Source: Candidatus Parvarchaeum acidiphilum ARMAN-4
GTDB lineage: Archaea > Nanobdellota > Nanobdellia > Parvarchaeales > Parvarchaeaceae
Assembly (NCBI GenBank): GCA_002412065.1
Contig: GG730040.1
Coordinates: 2,311 to 66,310, forward strand
Length of the DNA: 64,000 bases
Direction of reading: 5' to 3'
The notes under the pieces were generated by a model. It saw only the letters and a list, made by a program, of their open reading frames with translations. It searched no databases and was not told where the DNA came from. Below, one piece after another: positions 38,417 to 47,721 of the stretch; positions within the stretch are counted from its first letter, which is position 1; each line of letters starts with the position of its first letter. The translations under genes were made by a program, and so were the position numbers.

Positions 38417-40147
38417 ATGAACGTAAGAGAAATAAGTCAAATAGCAAAAAAATTTGCAGAGCCATCTACAAATGTTGGTTATCTAGAGCAATGGATAAGG
38501 GAATTAGAAGCCAGAGCCTCTAGTAGCGATTCTCATTATAGAGGAGAAATAGACTTTAGGTACGCTTCTCAGGAAGAATTACCGGATCCGGGGTTTGTTG
38601 GAAATGCAGCAGGTTATCATTTCACTAAGGATATACTAAAAAGATACCATTTTCAGCCAGAGTATTACTCTGTAATGCAGATGTTCGCAGCAATAGGTTA
38701 TAAACCACTTAGACTTGCAGAATCAGTAGATCCATCAGCTTTATCAAGCTTGATGAGTATGGCATTTGAAAAGCGAAAAAATCTAGAAGACAGGGTTATG
38801 CAGCTTTTAGGAACTATAAATACAATCTTAAAATCTCTCGTTTCCACAATTAATTCGCTTACAGAGCTTGATAGAAATCTTTATTTTTATGATGAATTAA
38901 AAGACCATGATAAAGAGAAATCGGAAGCAGCAGAATTGGCATTAAAAAGGATATTCCTTGATGTTGTTGACGCTAGAAAAGGGGGAGCAAGTCTTTCGGC
39001 ACTTTCAAGATCTCCTACACAAAGTCAGGGTGGCCCGGGTTTCATAGATATAATGTCAGTTTTCTATCAGGTAAAAAGCCTTAAGGATATTCAGCAGATT
39101 GATAGAAATGAACAGTACAAAAATATACTTAAGAACAGGTATATAGAATATGAAAAATGGAAGGAGATAAACGGAAATGAACTTCGACGCAGGAAATCGC
39201 TTTATTTAGAGTATCTTAAGAGCCAGATGGGTTCATTTAATCTATATGTGGATTGGTGTTCTAGTTATCTTTCAATTCTTTCAAAAATGGGCTGGAATAC
39301 GATTACTAAGGCAAAGGATTACTTTAATAAGGCTTCAAAGCCGGATATATTCGAAAATCAAAGCTTTTCCGTTACGGCGTTTGCATATAAATCAATTTAT
39401 GCAGGAGAGTACACAGCGGAATATGTAAAGCTGTTTAAAAGTAAAGGCCCGGAAATCCCTATACATGTAGAACCTAAAAGTCTGGCAGGCAATCTTAGCG
39501 CAAGAGGGTACGAGGAGCATAAAAGGTCCTTTATTTATGACAGGATAAAAAAATATGGGCCTCTTGTTATAGCAGGTGTAAAGCTACAGATGGATTTTAA
39601 AGAAAAACCAAGTAAGGAGCCAATACAACCGCCTTACGAAGGGACTATTTACTTTAATCTATTTCCGTATTGTTTTACTCCCGAAGAATTTTATCTTTAT
39701 AAGAAAGCTCAAATATCAAAGATACAGAAGACTGTATTCGCTTCTGTTGACCAGACCGTTTTTAATTCTTTAAGCGTCATAAAAAAGGATCTAGACAAGT
39801 ACGTTAAAGAAGCCGAGGAAGAAGAAAAAGCAAAGTCAAAGGAGAAAAAGCCGCAAAAGGATTACGCTTTCTTAGATATTTATAGGGCCTTTAAAGATGA
39901 TATCTCAGGCGTTTCAAAGTCTTTTTCAAGTATTGCTCCCTCAGAAAAGCATAAAACCAGATTTGACGAAGACCAGGCAGAGATATATGAAATGCTTGTT
40001 AATTCCAAACGTTTTGGTAGTATAAGTATTAAAAGAGCGCTTGAAATGGGTTTATTTATCTCAAATAGCGATTCAACATATATATACGATGAGCTTAAGA
40101 GAAGAGTTGGTCTGCTTAATTGGAAGGCCCCTTTTTCGGTGAATTAA
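38417..40147 (+). CDS. large hypothetical protein (576 aa), no recognisable domain. First gene of a cluster of small pilin-like genes
   Basis: Clean ORF with no P-loop, TM helix or signal peptide. Followed directly by 4 tiny membrane/pilin-like ORFs. Confidence 0.55.
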   Translation: MNVREISQIAKKFAEPSTNVGYLEQWIRELEARASSSDSHYRGEIDFRYASQEELPDPGFVGNAAGYHFTKDILKRYHFQPEYYSVMQMFAAIGYKPLRLAESVDPSALSSLMSMAFEKRKNLEDRVMQLLGTINTILKSLVSTINSLTELDRNLYFYDELKDHDKEKSEAAELALKRIFLDVVDARKGGASLSALSRSPTQSQGGPGFIDIMSVFYQVKSLKDIQQIDRNEQYKNILKNRYIEYEKWKEINGNELRRRKSLYLEYLKSQMGSFNLYVDWCSSYLSILSKMGWNTITKAKDYFNKASKPDIFENQSFSVTAFAYKSIYAGEYTAEYVKLFKSKGPEIPIHVEPKSLAGNLSARGYEEHKRSFIYDRIKKYGPLVIAGVKLQMDFKEKPSKEPIQPPYEGTIYFNLFPYCFTPEEFYLYKKAQISKIQKTVFASVDQTVFNSLSVIKKDLDKYVKEAEEEEKAKSKEKKPQKDYAFLDIYRAFKDDISGVSKSFSSIAPSEKHKTRFDEDQAEIYEMLVNSKRFGSISIKRALEMGLFISNSDSTYIYDELKRRVGLLNWKAPFSVN

Positions 40148-40149
40148 TT

Positions 40150-40323
40150 ATGAACAGCAAAGGACAAATGCCAACAACTGAGATTATAGCAATAATACTT
40201 GCCATAATAGTACTTTCAGCAGGTATTGTAATAGCAATTCTATTTAAAGGGGCTGGAGCGACAATCTCTAAGGATATGACTAATGTTTTTTCCTTCAGCT
40301 GGCTTTACGGTAAGGGCATATGA
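40150..40323 (+). CDS. small pilin-like protein (class III signal peptide)
   Basis: Starting at the internal Met: MNSKG|QMPTTEIIAIILAIIVLSAGIVIAILF. Confidence 0.5.
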   Translation: MNSKGQMPTTEIIAIILAIIVLSAGIVIAILFKGAGATISKDMTNVFSFSWLYGKGI

Positions 40324-40490
40324 GCGAAAAAGGAGTTGTAAGCGGTATTTTTCTTTATATTATATTGATAATAATCGGTATATTACTAATAATCTTTTTT
40401 CTAGAGATCTTTACACCTTACAAGTTTACAGATCTTTTTAAGGCGTTTATATCAAAGTCAAACACCTTGAATGTGAGTAATTATGATTAA
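40320..40490 (+). CDS. small pilin-like/membrane protein (56 aa)
   Basis: MSEKG|VVSGIFLYIILIIIGILLIIFFLE. The ATG overlaps the previous stop (ATGA). Absent from the ORF track because it is under 60 aa. Confidence 0.45.
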   Translation: MSEKGVVSGIFLYIILIIIGILLIIFFLEIFTPYKFTDLFKAFISKSNTLNVSNYD

Positions 40491-40632
40491 TATGAATAAA
40501 AAAGGGGTAGAAAGCTACATTTTGCTTGTTATAATAACATTAATAGTACTGATTCTAATAGTTATATTCTACCTTTTTCTTTTCTCTCCAGGTACACTGC
40601 ATAAACTCATTCCTTCGGTGCCAATTATATAA
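40483..40632 (+). CDS. small pilin-like/membrane protein (49 aa)
   Basis: MINMNKKG|VESYILLVIITLIVLILIVIFYLF. Confidence 0.45.
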   Translation: MINMNKKGVESYILLVIITLIVLILIVIFYLFLFSPGTLHKLIPSVPII

Positions 40633-40633
40633 C

Positions 40634-40795
40634 ATGGAAGCAATTTGGTTTTATGTAATTGCTATTATCCTAGGGATAACTTTAGTTATCGTTTATATCC
40701 TGTTTGTAGGGCCTTCTGCATTGTCAAAAGATATCTCCGGGTTTTTTACAAGTATAAGCTCATCGATAACATCGGGATTTAAGAACGCATATTAA
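40634..40795 (+). CDS. small membrane protein (53 aa)
   Basis: MEAIWFYVIAIILGITLVIVYILFVG is a single TM helix followed by a Ser-rich tail. Confidence 0.4.
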   Translation: MEAIWFYVIAIILGITLVIVYILFVGPSALSKDISGFFTSISSSITSGFKNAY

Positions 40796-40827
40796 CATTT
40801 TTATACTTTCGATAGCTATTAGGGATT

Positions 40828-41403
40828 ATGATTACTTATAGTGAATTTCTTAGAATAAGAAGACAGGAACAGGAAGACAGCAGAACTCTTACAAAGTTCA
40901 CGGATGAAATGCTAGAAGAGATGAAAGAGTACATTGCAATAAATAAAAACTCACTGGAAGAAGCAAAGAAAATGAATGATGAGAAGAAGACTGAAGAAAT
41001 ATCTACACAGATAAAAAATGCAATATCTACCCTAGAACAAATAATAAATTTAAGGTTGCTTAAAATTGCAAGCATGTCAATATTAGATGCGGATAGTGAG
41101 CAGGCAAAAGCAAACATGCTTTCAAAGGAGATAATCCTATTTGATAATCTACTTGTTTTGTCTAAAGAACATAAAGCTGGAATAATAAACGAATTAAAAT
41201 TTATAGAGCCAAAAAAGCTGCAGAAAGTAGAAAGCGAGGATAGTGATGGCGAAAAAGTGGTAATAAAAATTCTTTCGGATATACCTAAATTTGTATGGAG
41301 AAATGATAAGTCCTATGGCCCATTCAGTTTTCCAAATATAATTGAAATAGACAAGGATGTAGCACAGATATTGATAAAAAGCGGTAAAGCCGAGAGTGCA
41401 TAA
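40828..41403 (+). CDS. GINS subunit (Gins51/Gins15-like)
   Basis: Helical N-terminal A-domain, then a beta-rich C-terminal B-domain (VVIKILSDIPKFVWRNDKSYGPFSFPNIIEIDKDVAQILIKSGKAE). Confidence 0.55.
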   Translation: MITYSEFLRIRRQEQEDSRTLTKFTDEMLEEMKEYIAINKNSLEEAKKMNDEKKTEEISTQIKNAISTLEQIINLRLLKIASMSILDADSEQAKANMLSKEIILFDNLLVLSKEHKAGIINELKFIEPKKLQKVESEDSDGEKVVIKILSDIPKFVWRNDKSYGPFSFPNIIEIDKDVAQILIKSGKAESA

Positions 41404-42930
41404 ATGACATTTTTCAAGGAAGAAATAGAGAATAGAGAATACCAAACTAAAATATTTGAAACAGCAAAGACGGGTAATACACTTGTAGTGTTGCCAACCG
41501 GTCTAGGTAAAACAATAATAAGTGCAATGCTAGCAAATTATCGTTTGGAAAAGTACCCCTCATCTAAAGTGCTTTTTCTGGCCCCTACAAAACCTCTTGC
41601 AAATCAGCATTACAGAACCTTCTCTTCATTGCTTTCGCTTAAACAAGGTATGGCCAGCGGTTCCGTTTCAAGTAGTAGTAGAGGAAAAATCTATGAAGAT
41701 GCTCAGATAATATTTGCAACACCACAGACAATCGAGAATGACATGGAAAAAAAAGTTATAGATTTTTCTGATTTTAGCCTTTTAATAGTTGACGAAGCAC
41801 ATCATGCAATAGGAAATTATTCATATGTTAAAATCGCAAAATTGTACTCAGAACAGTCCTTTCATCCGCTTTTGTTGGGTCTTACTGCTTCCCCAGCATC
41901 AGATAGAGAAAAAATAAAGACAATATGTAGTAATCTTCATATAGCAAATGTTGAGATTCGCTCAGATGATGATCAGGATGTTATACCTTATATACAAAAA
42001 AAGGAAATAAACGAAATAAAAGTTGATTTACCCCCAAAATTAATTGAATTGTCTAATGATATAAAACTTCTCATTAGCGAGTCAATAAGTGAGTTACAAG
42101 AAACAGGGTTGCTAAAAAACACACAGAAAAGCAGAATAAATAAGGTGACTATTCTTTTACTTCAAAAAAGCCTTCAAAGGCAAATGTTGAGTGGTAAAAG
42201 AAATTATTATCTTATCAGAGGGATAATAATTACCTCCAAGCTTTTGAAGCTTTATCATGCTTATAACCTGCTTTCAACTCAAAGTCTTACTGCTTTTCTT
42301 AATTTTTTGGAAAAGATACAAAAAGGAAAAGCAAAGACAGATAAAGAGCTTTCATCTAATAGCAGGTTTATTGAAATAACTAAACGAACTTCTGAATTAG
42401 TAGAGCAAGGAATTGAACATCCAAAATTAAAGCAGCTTGAATCAATTTTTTCTAATTACTTCAATGAAGAGAAAAAAGCGATAATCTTTGCGCAGTATCG
42501 TGACACAGTGGATGTTATATGCAATAGTATATCAAATCTACCAGGGGTAAGGCCTATAAAATTTATAGGACAAGGTAAAGGAGGGCTATCACAAAAAGAG
42601 CAGGTAAATATAATAAAGGATTTTGAGTCGGGAGTATACAATGTTCTTGTTTCCACCAGCGTTAGTGAAGAGGGCATGTCAATAAAAGGCGTGGATATTG
42701 CAATTTTTTACGAAACCATACCTAGTGCGATAAGAAACATACAAAGAAGAGGGAGGGTTGGCAGATTTTCAGCAGGCAGTATCTTTATACTAATAACCAG
42801 AGGCACCAACGATGAAGGCTATTATTGGCTTTCTAAAAAAAGAGAAAAGACAATGAAAAATATAATAAAGAACATAAAAGAAAATCCAAACACAATAAAA
42901 CAAGATGGGACACTACACCCTTTTATTTAA
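41404..42930 (+). CDS. hef: Hef/FANCM-like superfamily 2 helicase (helicase domains only, no ERCC4 nuclease domain)
   Basis: REYQTKIFETAKTGNTLVVLPTGLGKT (Q motif and Walker A), DEAH box LIVDEAHHAIGN, SAT-like LGLTASP, and helicase C-terminal motifs QRRGRVGR. Confidence 0.8.
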   Translation: MTFFKEEIENREYQTKIFETAKTGNTLVVLPTGLGKTIISAMLANYRLEKYPSSKVLFLAPTKPLANQHYRTFSSLLSLKQGMASGSVSSSSRGKIYEDAQIIFATPQTIENDMEKKVIDFSDFSLLIVDEAHHAIGNYSYVKIAKLYSEQSFHPLLLGLTASPASDREKIKTICSNLHIANVEIRSDDDQDVIPYIQKKEINEIKVDLPPKLIELSNDIKLLISESISELQETGLLKNTQKSRINKVTILLLQKSLQRQMLSGKRNYYLIRGIIITSKLLKLYHAYNLLSTQSLTAFLNFLEKIQKGKAKTDKELSSNSRFIEITKRTSELVEQGIEHPKLKQLESIFSNYFNEEKKAIIFAQYRDTVDVICNSISNLPGVRPIKFIGQGKGGLSQKEQVNIIKDFESGVYNVLVSTSVSEEGMSIKGVDIAIFYETIPSAIRNIQRRGRVGRFSAGSIFILITRGTNDEGYYWLSKKREKTMKNIIKNIKENPNTIKQDGTLHPFI

Positions 42931-43397
42931 TTGCCAGTTATCTCAGTCTCGCAAGTTCCACCAGCAGAGTATTTTACTCCGTCTATAGAAACATTGCTAC
43001 CAGAGGTATTACCTATTATTATAGTATTAATACTTGGGTCTTTAATGGTGAAATCACCTGAGAATGAATTAATTCCTGCGGTATAATTACCTATTCTGTA
43101 TATATTAGAAGGGTTGCCATTTAAGTTACTTGCAAATACACTGTAGACTAATCCTGGGCTCCCATCTGATACAACTATCTTGAATCTATTTTGTTGAGAT
43201 GATGTGCTTATATTTGTTACATTAGCGTTGCATGGTGCAGGAGATCCGCTTCCACTATTTACTATTCCAGAGGGTAATATAGCAAAATGAAATACTGAGC
43301 TGGCTATAACTACTCCTATTATTAAAAATGAGATTAAAAGAATTATAACTATGAAATAATCAACCAAACTTGTACCTTTTAATTTGTTACTGCGCAT
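42927..43397 (-). CDS. pilin-like protein (class III signal peptide); last gene of a surface-protein operon
   Basis: From the internal Met: MRSNKLKG|TSLVDYFIVIILLISFLIIGVVIASS. The mature part is Gly/Ser/Asn-rich with a single Cys pair. Confidence 0.6.
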   Translation of the reverse strand: MRSNKLKGTSLVDYFIVIILLISFLIIGVVIASSVFHFAILPSGIVNSGSGSPAPCNANVTNISTSSQQNRFKIVVSDGSPGLVYSVFASNLNGNPSNIYRIGNYTAGINSFSGDFTIKDPSINTIIIGNTSGSNVSIDGVKYSAGGTCETEITGN

Positions 43398-44863
43398 ATA
43401 TAAACTAAATTTCTCCCCAAAAAGTTTGGTTTTGATATCCCTATCTGCTGAGGCAGGGAAGCAACGAAGTAGATTAAAGACTGTGCACATTGCTCTAATC
43501 CTGTAGCGTACAAAGCCGAATAAGCAATTTTGCCGGCATATGTAACTGCGTTAGGTGCAATATCATCCTTACATATAGAGTTATTAAAGCATTCTGCAGT
43601 TCCGAATCCTGCAAGTCCTATTCCTACTAGCAATCCAGGATTTGATGGCGCAAGAAGATCAGCGCCTATTCCCGATGCAACTGCTCTTGAACATTCATCT
43701 TCTATCCCCGAACTAGGGTAATTGTTAAGGAATGTAGCAGGTTCACATTCACTTGGCAAGCTTATTGAACTAGGAGGGAGTCTTGTGCCAGCAAGAGAAT
43801 TTAAATAGACTATGTATATCTGGGCTTTGTTGATTGATTTGCTGCTGTTCGGAAGCACAAATCCACTGCTGCTTGCGTTGCTCAAATTTTTATAGCTGAA
43901 TATAAGATTATCTCCAGGTCTTAAGTAAGTCGCATATGATTCATTTACTATAGAAGTGCTTTTTACTGGCTCAGTCAAAACACAGGAAGATGGTGCTTCA
44001 TATGAATTTGTAGTACTGTCATACCCTACAGTACAATTATTTCCATTACAGAAGTTAGTATACAGGTCTGTACAAGAATCAGTTTTACCGCTAATTGTTG
44101 AACATGTGTCCAAGGTGGTGTTAAAGGAACAGCCTTGTGATTCTTCGCATAAATCACTAGATATATTCATTGCAGCTGTAGGGGGTTTTGAACCATTTAA
44201 AGGAATATACTTTGTTGCAGTATATCCTTGTGTAAATGGCTGGTAACCAGGTTCGCTTCTACAGTTAAAATAATTAGATGACTGGGCCTCGCATATACTA
44301 GGATTGCTTAAATCACATGTAAATCCGTTTAAATTTGTGCTAGTTAAAGGATCAGAGCAGGACTGCACTGAAGTATGATTAAGGCAACTAACTTCAGTAG
44401 TATAAGCATTGCTTTCAAGATAAGTTGTAAGGTTATTTATTGTAAAGTTTTTATTTATATTTACATTAATAGCTGCACATGTTGCAGGGGAACTAGTAAG
44501 TACAGTCAAACCTTGGTTTGCACCATACTGGTTCCAACAGCTGGCTAAATCAGTTGCTACTGTTGAGAATACTTGAGATGGCTGGGCGCTAGGCCCATAA
44601 CCGGAAGTTGAAGTAGTGCATCCGAAAAGAGGAGGAGCTATTCCCAGAGCCTTAAGTGTACCACTTAAACAAAAGAATTTTGATACGCAAAGCCCGTTAT
44701 AATAAAAATTAGTGAATTCAGAACTTGCATAGCATATACCGCTGTTTGAAAGCGTTATTCCTACTATTAAAAGATAGCCGGCAATTGCTACTATTACAAC
44801 TATGAATATTACTGCTAAGATTATAAATAAAATACTCTCTCCAGGTGTTTCTGCCATAATCAA
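43379..44863 (-). CDS. large membrane-anchored Ser/Thr/Cys-rich surface protein (494 aa)
   Basis: N-terminal TM anchor (ILFIILAVIFIVVIVAIAGYLLIVGI), ~25 Cys, many N-x-S/T sequons and low-complexity Ser/Thr/Asn. Confidence 0.65.
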   Translation of the reverse strand: MIMAETPGESILFIILAVIFIVVIVAIAGYLLIVGITLSNSGICYASSEFTNFYYNGLCVSKFFCLSGTLKALGIAPPLFGCTTSTSGYGPSAQPSQVFSTVATDLASCWNQYGANQGLTVLTSSPATCAAINVNINKNFTINNLTTYLESNAYTTEVSCLNHTSVQSCSDPLTSTNLNGFTCDLSNPSICEAQSSNYFNCRSEPGYQPFTQGYTATKYIPLNGSKPPTAAMNISSDLCEESQGCSFNTTLDTCSTISGKTDSCTDLYTNFCNGNNCTVGYDSTTNSYEAPSSCVLTEPVKSTSIVNESYATYLRPGDNLIFSYKNLSNASSSGFVLPNSSKSINKAQIYIVYLNSLAGTRLPPSSISLPSECEPATFLNNYPSSGIEDECSRAVASGIGADLLAPSNPGLLVGIGLAGFGTAECFNNSICKDDIAPNAVTYAGKIAYSALYATGLEQCAQSLIYFVASLPQQIGISKPNFLGRNLVYICAVTN

Positions 44864-44920
44864 TTAGTGTTTTTATTTAATAAATTAATATCTTGTTCAA
44901 TAATTTCACTCAAATTGTTT

Positions 44921-45811
44921 TTATTGTCCGGGTATACAAACGAATACTCTGCTTTGGCTGTATATCATGTAATTGCTTAATTTGCCACATAAAGGCACAT
45001 AATAGTCACACCCACTCGTTTCATTTACTACATTTAAAGAGGGGTTGCCATTACTAAGCGAGCTTACGGTTTCCCTAGTTTGGTTTGTAGTCTCATTTGA
45101 GTATGCGCATATAGCTAAGTTGTTTATTTCAGGTTGTTGGTATCTTGCAACGTATTTGCATTGGTCTGTAAAGCTTATATCGCAGTTTTTAATTCCATTT
45201 GAAGGATAACCAAAGTAAGTTACAGTATAACTTGAGTTTGAAAGGTTATCAGAAGGATTGATATAAGCAGCGTTTCCATTGCTTCCGTTTGTTATAAACA
45301 CCATTTGGAGAGGATAATTTCCATTGTAATTACTGTCGATATCACTTATAATAGATGAATAATTTAAATTTTTACTTTGGCTGATAATTGACCCTTTGTA
45401 ACAGTTAAATATTTGGTCTAGATTACTAGCTGATAGAATTTGAGACCCTATTACAGCGTTACTACCTGAGAATAAACTAAAACAGGAAGAGGCTTCAGTA
45501 TAAAATAAAGATGCAAAATTTGTGCTACCCTGTTCGTCTATATTTGAGGACTGGAGACATTCTTTTTGTACTTGTGCGGACTGCGTTGGGCTTACTAATA
45601 TATTCGAAAGCCCAAAAAATGAAGCTGCACTAGTTAGAGGAGATAAAAACGTGTTTACTATCTTATACTGTGTAAATGCCGTAAAGCAACTTAATCCAAA
45701 GTTCAATGTCCCGAAGGAAGTAATAAGGGAAAAAGATACAACTGCAAGTACTATACCCGCCACTATAACAAGTATAACAAAAGCTATTGTTAATAGGATG
45801 CCCTCCTCCAT
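44921..45811 (-). CDS. membrane-anchored Ser/Asn-rich, Cys-containing surface protein (296 aa)
   Basis: N-terminal TM (ILLTIAFVILVIVAGIVLAVVSF), multiple Cys and N-glycosylation sequons. Confidence 0.6.
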   Translation of the reverse strand: MEEGILLTIAFVILVIVAGIVLAVVSFSLITSFGTLNFGLSCFTAFTQYKIVNTFLSPLTSAASFFGLSNILVSPTQSAQVQKECLQSSNIDEQGSTNFASLFYTEASSCFSLFSGSNAVIGSQILSASNLDQIFNCYKGSIISQSKNLNYSSIISDIDSNYNGNYPLQMVFITNGSNGNAAYINPSDNLSNSSYTVTYFGYPSNGIKNCDISFTDQCKYVARYQQPEINNLAICAYSNETTNQTRETVSSLSNGNPSLNVVNETSGCDYYVPLCGKLSNYMIYSQSRVFVCIPGQ

Positions 45812-45972
45812 TACGAGCCACCGCCCAGCAGATTTCCAAAATATGCAAATGGAGAACTACTATGAGAACTTGCATAAAATAGGATTATCACTAGTCCTAT
45901 GATAGCTACAGCTGTTATTATAACTAGAATCAACCATATAATCCTCCATTCTACGCTTCCTTTATTATTCAT
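45811..45972 (-). CDS. micro membrane protein (53 aa) with class III-like N-terminus
   Basis: MNNKG|SVEWRIIWLILVIITAVAIIGLVIILFY. Its stop overlaps the next ATG (TAATG). Tightly packed between 45974..46483 and 44921..45811. Confidence 0.4.
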   Translation of the reverse strand: MNNKGSVEWRIIWLILVIITAVAIIGLVIILFYASSHSSSPFAYFGNLLGGGS

Positions 45973-45973
45973 A

Positions 45974-46483
45974 TTACTGTCCTATGCATGCTGCACAATA
46001 AGGCCCGTCCCCAGATATGCATGCAGGCACATTTATTGCACAGTTTTGTATGTCTGTTGCGTTGTTTGCTACTATCGTACTCTCAGAACAACTAAATAAA
46101 TCGGCCGTATTAGTTGGAGATACAACACTACATGCGCTTGTTATATTTGCAGGAGGGCTGGCCATGCACGATTCTACTAAAGAGGTGTTCCCTTGTCCAT
46201 TAACCCAATAATCATAATAACACCAATGTCGGATACAGGTCTGCACTGCTGTAGCCGCGTTGAAACATGCATTTTCATCATAGCAACGAAAAAGTGCTGT
46301 ACCCTCCATCCTATTTGGATATCCATATTCTGCGCTTGTGAACTGGTTCTGTAGTAAAGCGGTGGAAGTATCGCATCCTACTGGGAAAATAGAGGAATAA
46401 TTATTGTAAAACAGAAAGAACATAGTAAGTGCTATAACTATCCCGATAATGACTTCAAAGAATAGAAACTGTTCAACATCCAT
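45974..46483 (-). CDS. membrane-anchored cysteine-rich protein (169 aa, ~18 Cys)
   Basis: N-terminal TM (FFEVIIGIVIALTMFFLFY), then a Cys-dense domain (CYDENACFNAATAVQTCIRHWCYYDYW...CAACIGQ). Confidence 0.6.
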   Translation of the reverse strand: MDVEQFLFFEVIIGIVIALTMFFLFYNNYSSIFPVGCDTSTALLQNQFTSAEYGYPNRMEGTALFRCYDENACFNAATAVQTCIRHWCYYDYWVNGQGNTSLVESCMASPPANITSACSVVSPTNTADLFSCSESTIVANNATDIQNCAINVPACISGDGPYCAACIGQ

Positions 46484-46554
46484 TTCATTCTTAGAAGGTG
46501 TTAATTTAAATTGTTTTTACATTCCCAGTCTTTAATTAATAACGGCTTTAAAAA

Positions 46555-46962
46555 TTACAATCTTTCCTTATCCGCCATTATTATCTCAAACCATTTATTT
46601 TTACCGTCTTCTATAAGAAAATACGATCCAATGACTTGCATATTTTTGTAAACTTTCAAAGCTCTGTTTCTTGCGATTTTTTCCTTGCTAATTTCTAATT
46701 TATAATATAATCCACTTTTACTTGGTCTTCTAGCATGGTTAGGTCTTGGTCTTCTAAAATCCCCCTTGCTCACTCTAACTCTTACAACTATATAACCCTG
46801 TTTGGCCTTGTATCCTACCGTTTTGGCCTTTGCTATCTTTGTAGGTCTTTCTATTCTTTGTGTTATAGGCTGATTTCTTACTGCCTGTAAGATTTCTTTT
46901 TTTCTATTATCGTTTTTGTATAATGCCATCTCATTAGCATGTATATATTTATATGATCCCAT
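46555..46962 (-). CDS. rpl15e: ribosomal protein eL15 (L15e), C-terminally short (135 aa)
   Basis: MGSYKYIHANEMALYKN...VGYKAKQGYIVVRVRVSKGDFRRPRPNHARRPSKSG...WFEII aligns with the L15e core (MGAYKYI...GYKAKQGYVIYRIRVRRG...). Confidence 0.8.
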   Translation of the reverse strand: MGSYKYIHANEMALYKNDNRKKEILQAVRNQPITQRIERPTKIAKAKTVGYKAKQGYIVVRVRVSKGDFRRPRPNHARRPSKSGLYYKLEISKEKIARNRALKVYKNMQVIGSYFLIEDGKNKWFEIIMADKERL

Positions 46963-47006
46963 AAGGGATAAATTAAAATCTGTAAGTATAAATATCTAAC
47001 GTTATC

Positions 47007-47444
47007 TCAATTGATTATATTTCCGTTTGATGCTATGACTGGAGAGTATGAAATATTAGTTGGGGTATAATATATATAGCCGTTTCCACTGAAAGAACTT
47101 CCTAATGAGACCGAAGTTAAATTGCATTCTGTAGACTCTAAAGCAGGAAGATATGTTTTTGAGCATACAAAGTTGGTGTAATTTACTCCGGATATTATCA
47201 TTGATATCCCATCTATTTTTATATTCTCATTTAACAGGTTTTGGAATTCAATATAAAATGTAGATTTTGAAGGGATATAACCCTGCTGCAATACACGGAA
47301 ACCGGAGAATCCTGAATAACTTGGAGTTGATGTAGTCCCTGTCAGAGACGGGAAAAAAGTAAATATTATGTAAAAGATTGATGCTATTACTATTATAGCT
47401 ATCCCATACATTAGCACCATCTCAAGTGATTCCTGTGCTCTCAT
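47007..47444 (-). CDS. pilin-like protein (class III-type signal peptide)
   Basis: MRA|QESLEMVLMYGIAIIVIASIFYIIFTFF followed by a Ser/Thr/Asn/Tyr-rich beta-type domain. Confidence 0.55.
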   Translation of the reverse strand: MRAQESLEMVLMYGIAIIVIASIFYIIFTFFPSLTGTTSTPSYSGFSGFRVLQQGYIPSKSTFYIEFQNLLNENIKIDGISMIISGVNYTNFVCSKTYLPALESTECNLTSVSLGSSFSGNGYIYYTPTNISYSPVIASNGNIIN

Positions 47445-47519
47445 ACTTGTTTTATTGGTTTTTAAAATATAAGTATGTCTCTTTGATTATTAGAAAGATA
47501 TTTTAGTCACTTTAGATTA

Positions 47520-47590
47520 GCCTTGGGTGGGTTTCGAACCCACAACCTCCTGCTTACGAAGCAGACGCTCTGCCATTGAGCTACCAAGGC
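47520..47590 (-). tRNA. tRNA-Thr (anticodon CGT)
   Basis: Minus strand GCCUUGG-U-A-GCUC-AAUGGCA-GAGC-G-UCUGC-UUCGUAA-GCAGG-AGGUU-GUGGG-UUCGAAA-CCCAC-CCAAGGC. Canonical cloverleaf and T-loop. Confidence 0.9.
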
Positions 47591-47721
47591 ATAACATTAA
47601 AATTAATACTTAACATAAATGTATTTAATACGGGTAAATTTATTATTTTTAAGACTTACTTTTAGATAGCAAATGGCCTATAAAAATGAAAAATAATTTA
47701 ATTTAAAGCAAGTATCGTCAT

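Noticed and set aside
47596-47721. Possible integration scar next to tRNA-Thr(CGT)
   Set aside because: No direct repeat of the tRNA 3' end and no integrase or transposase nearby.
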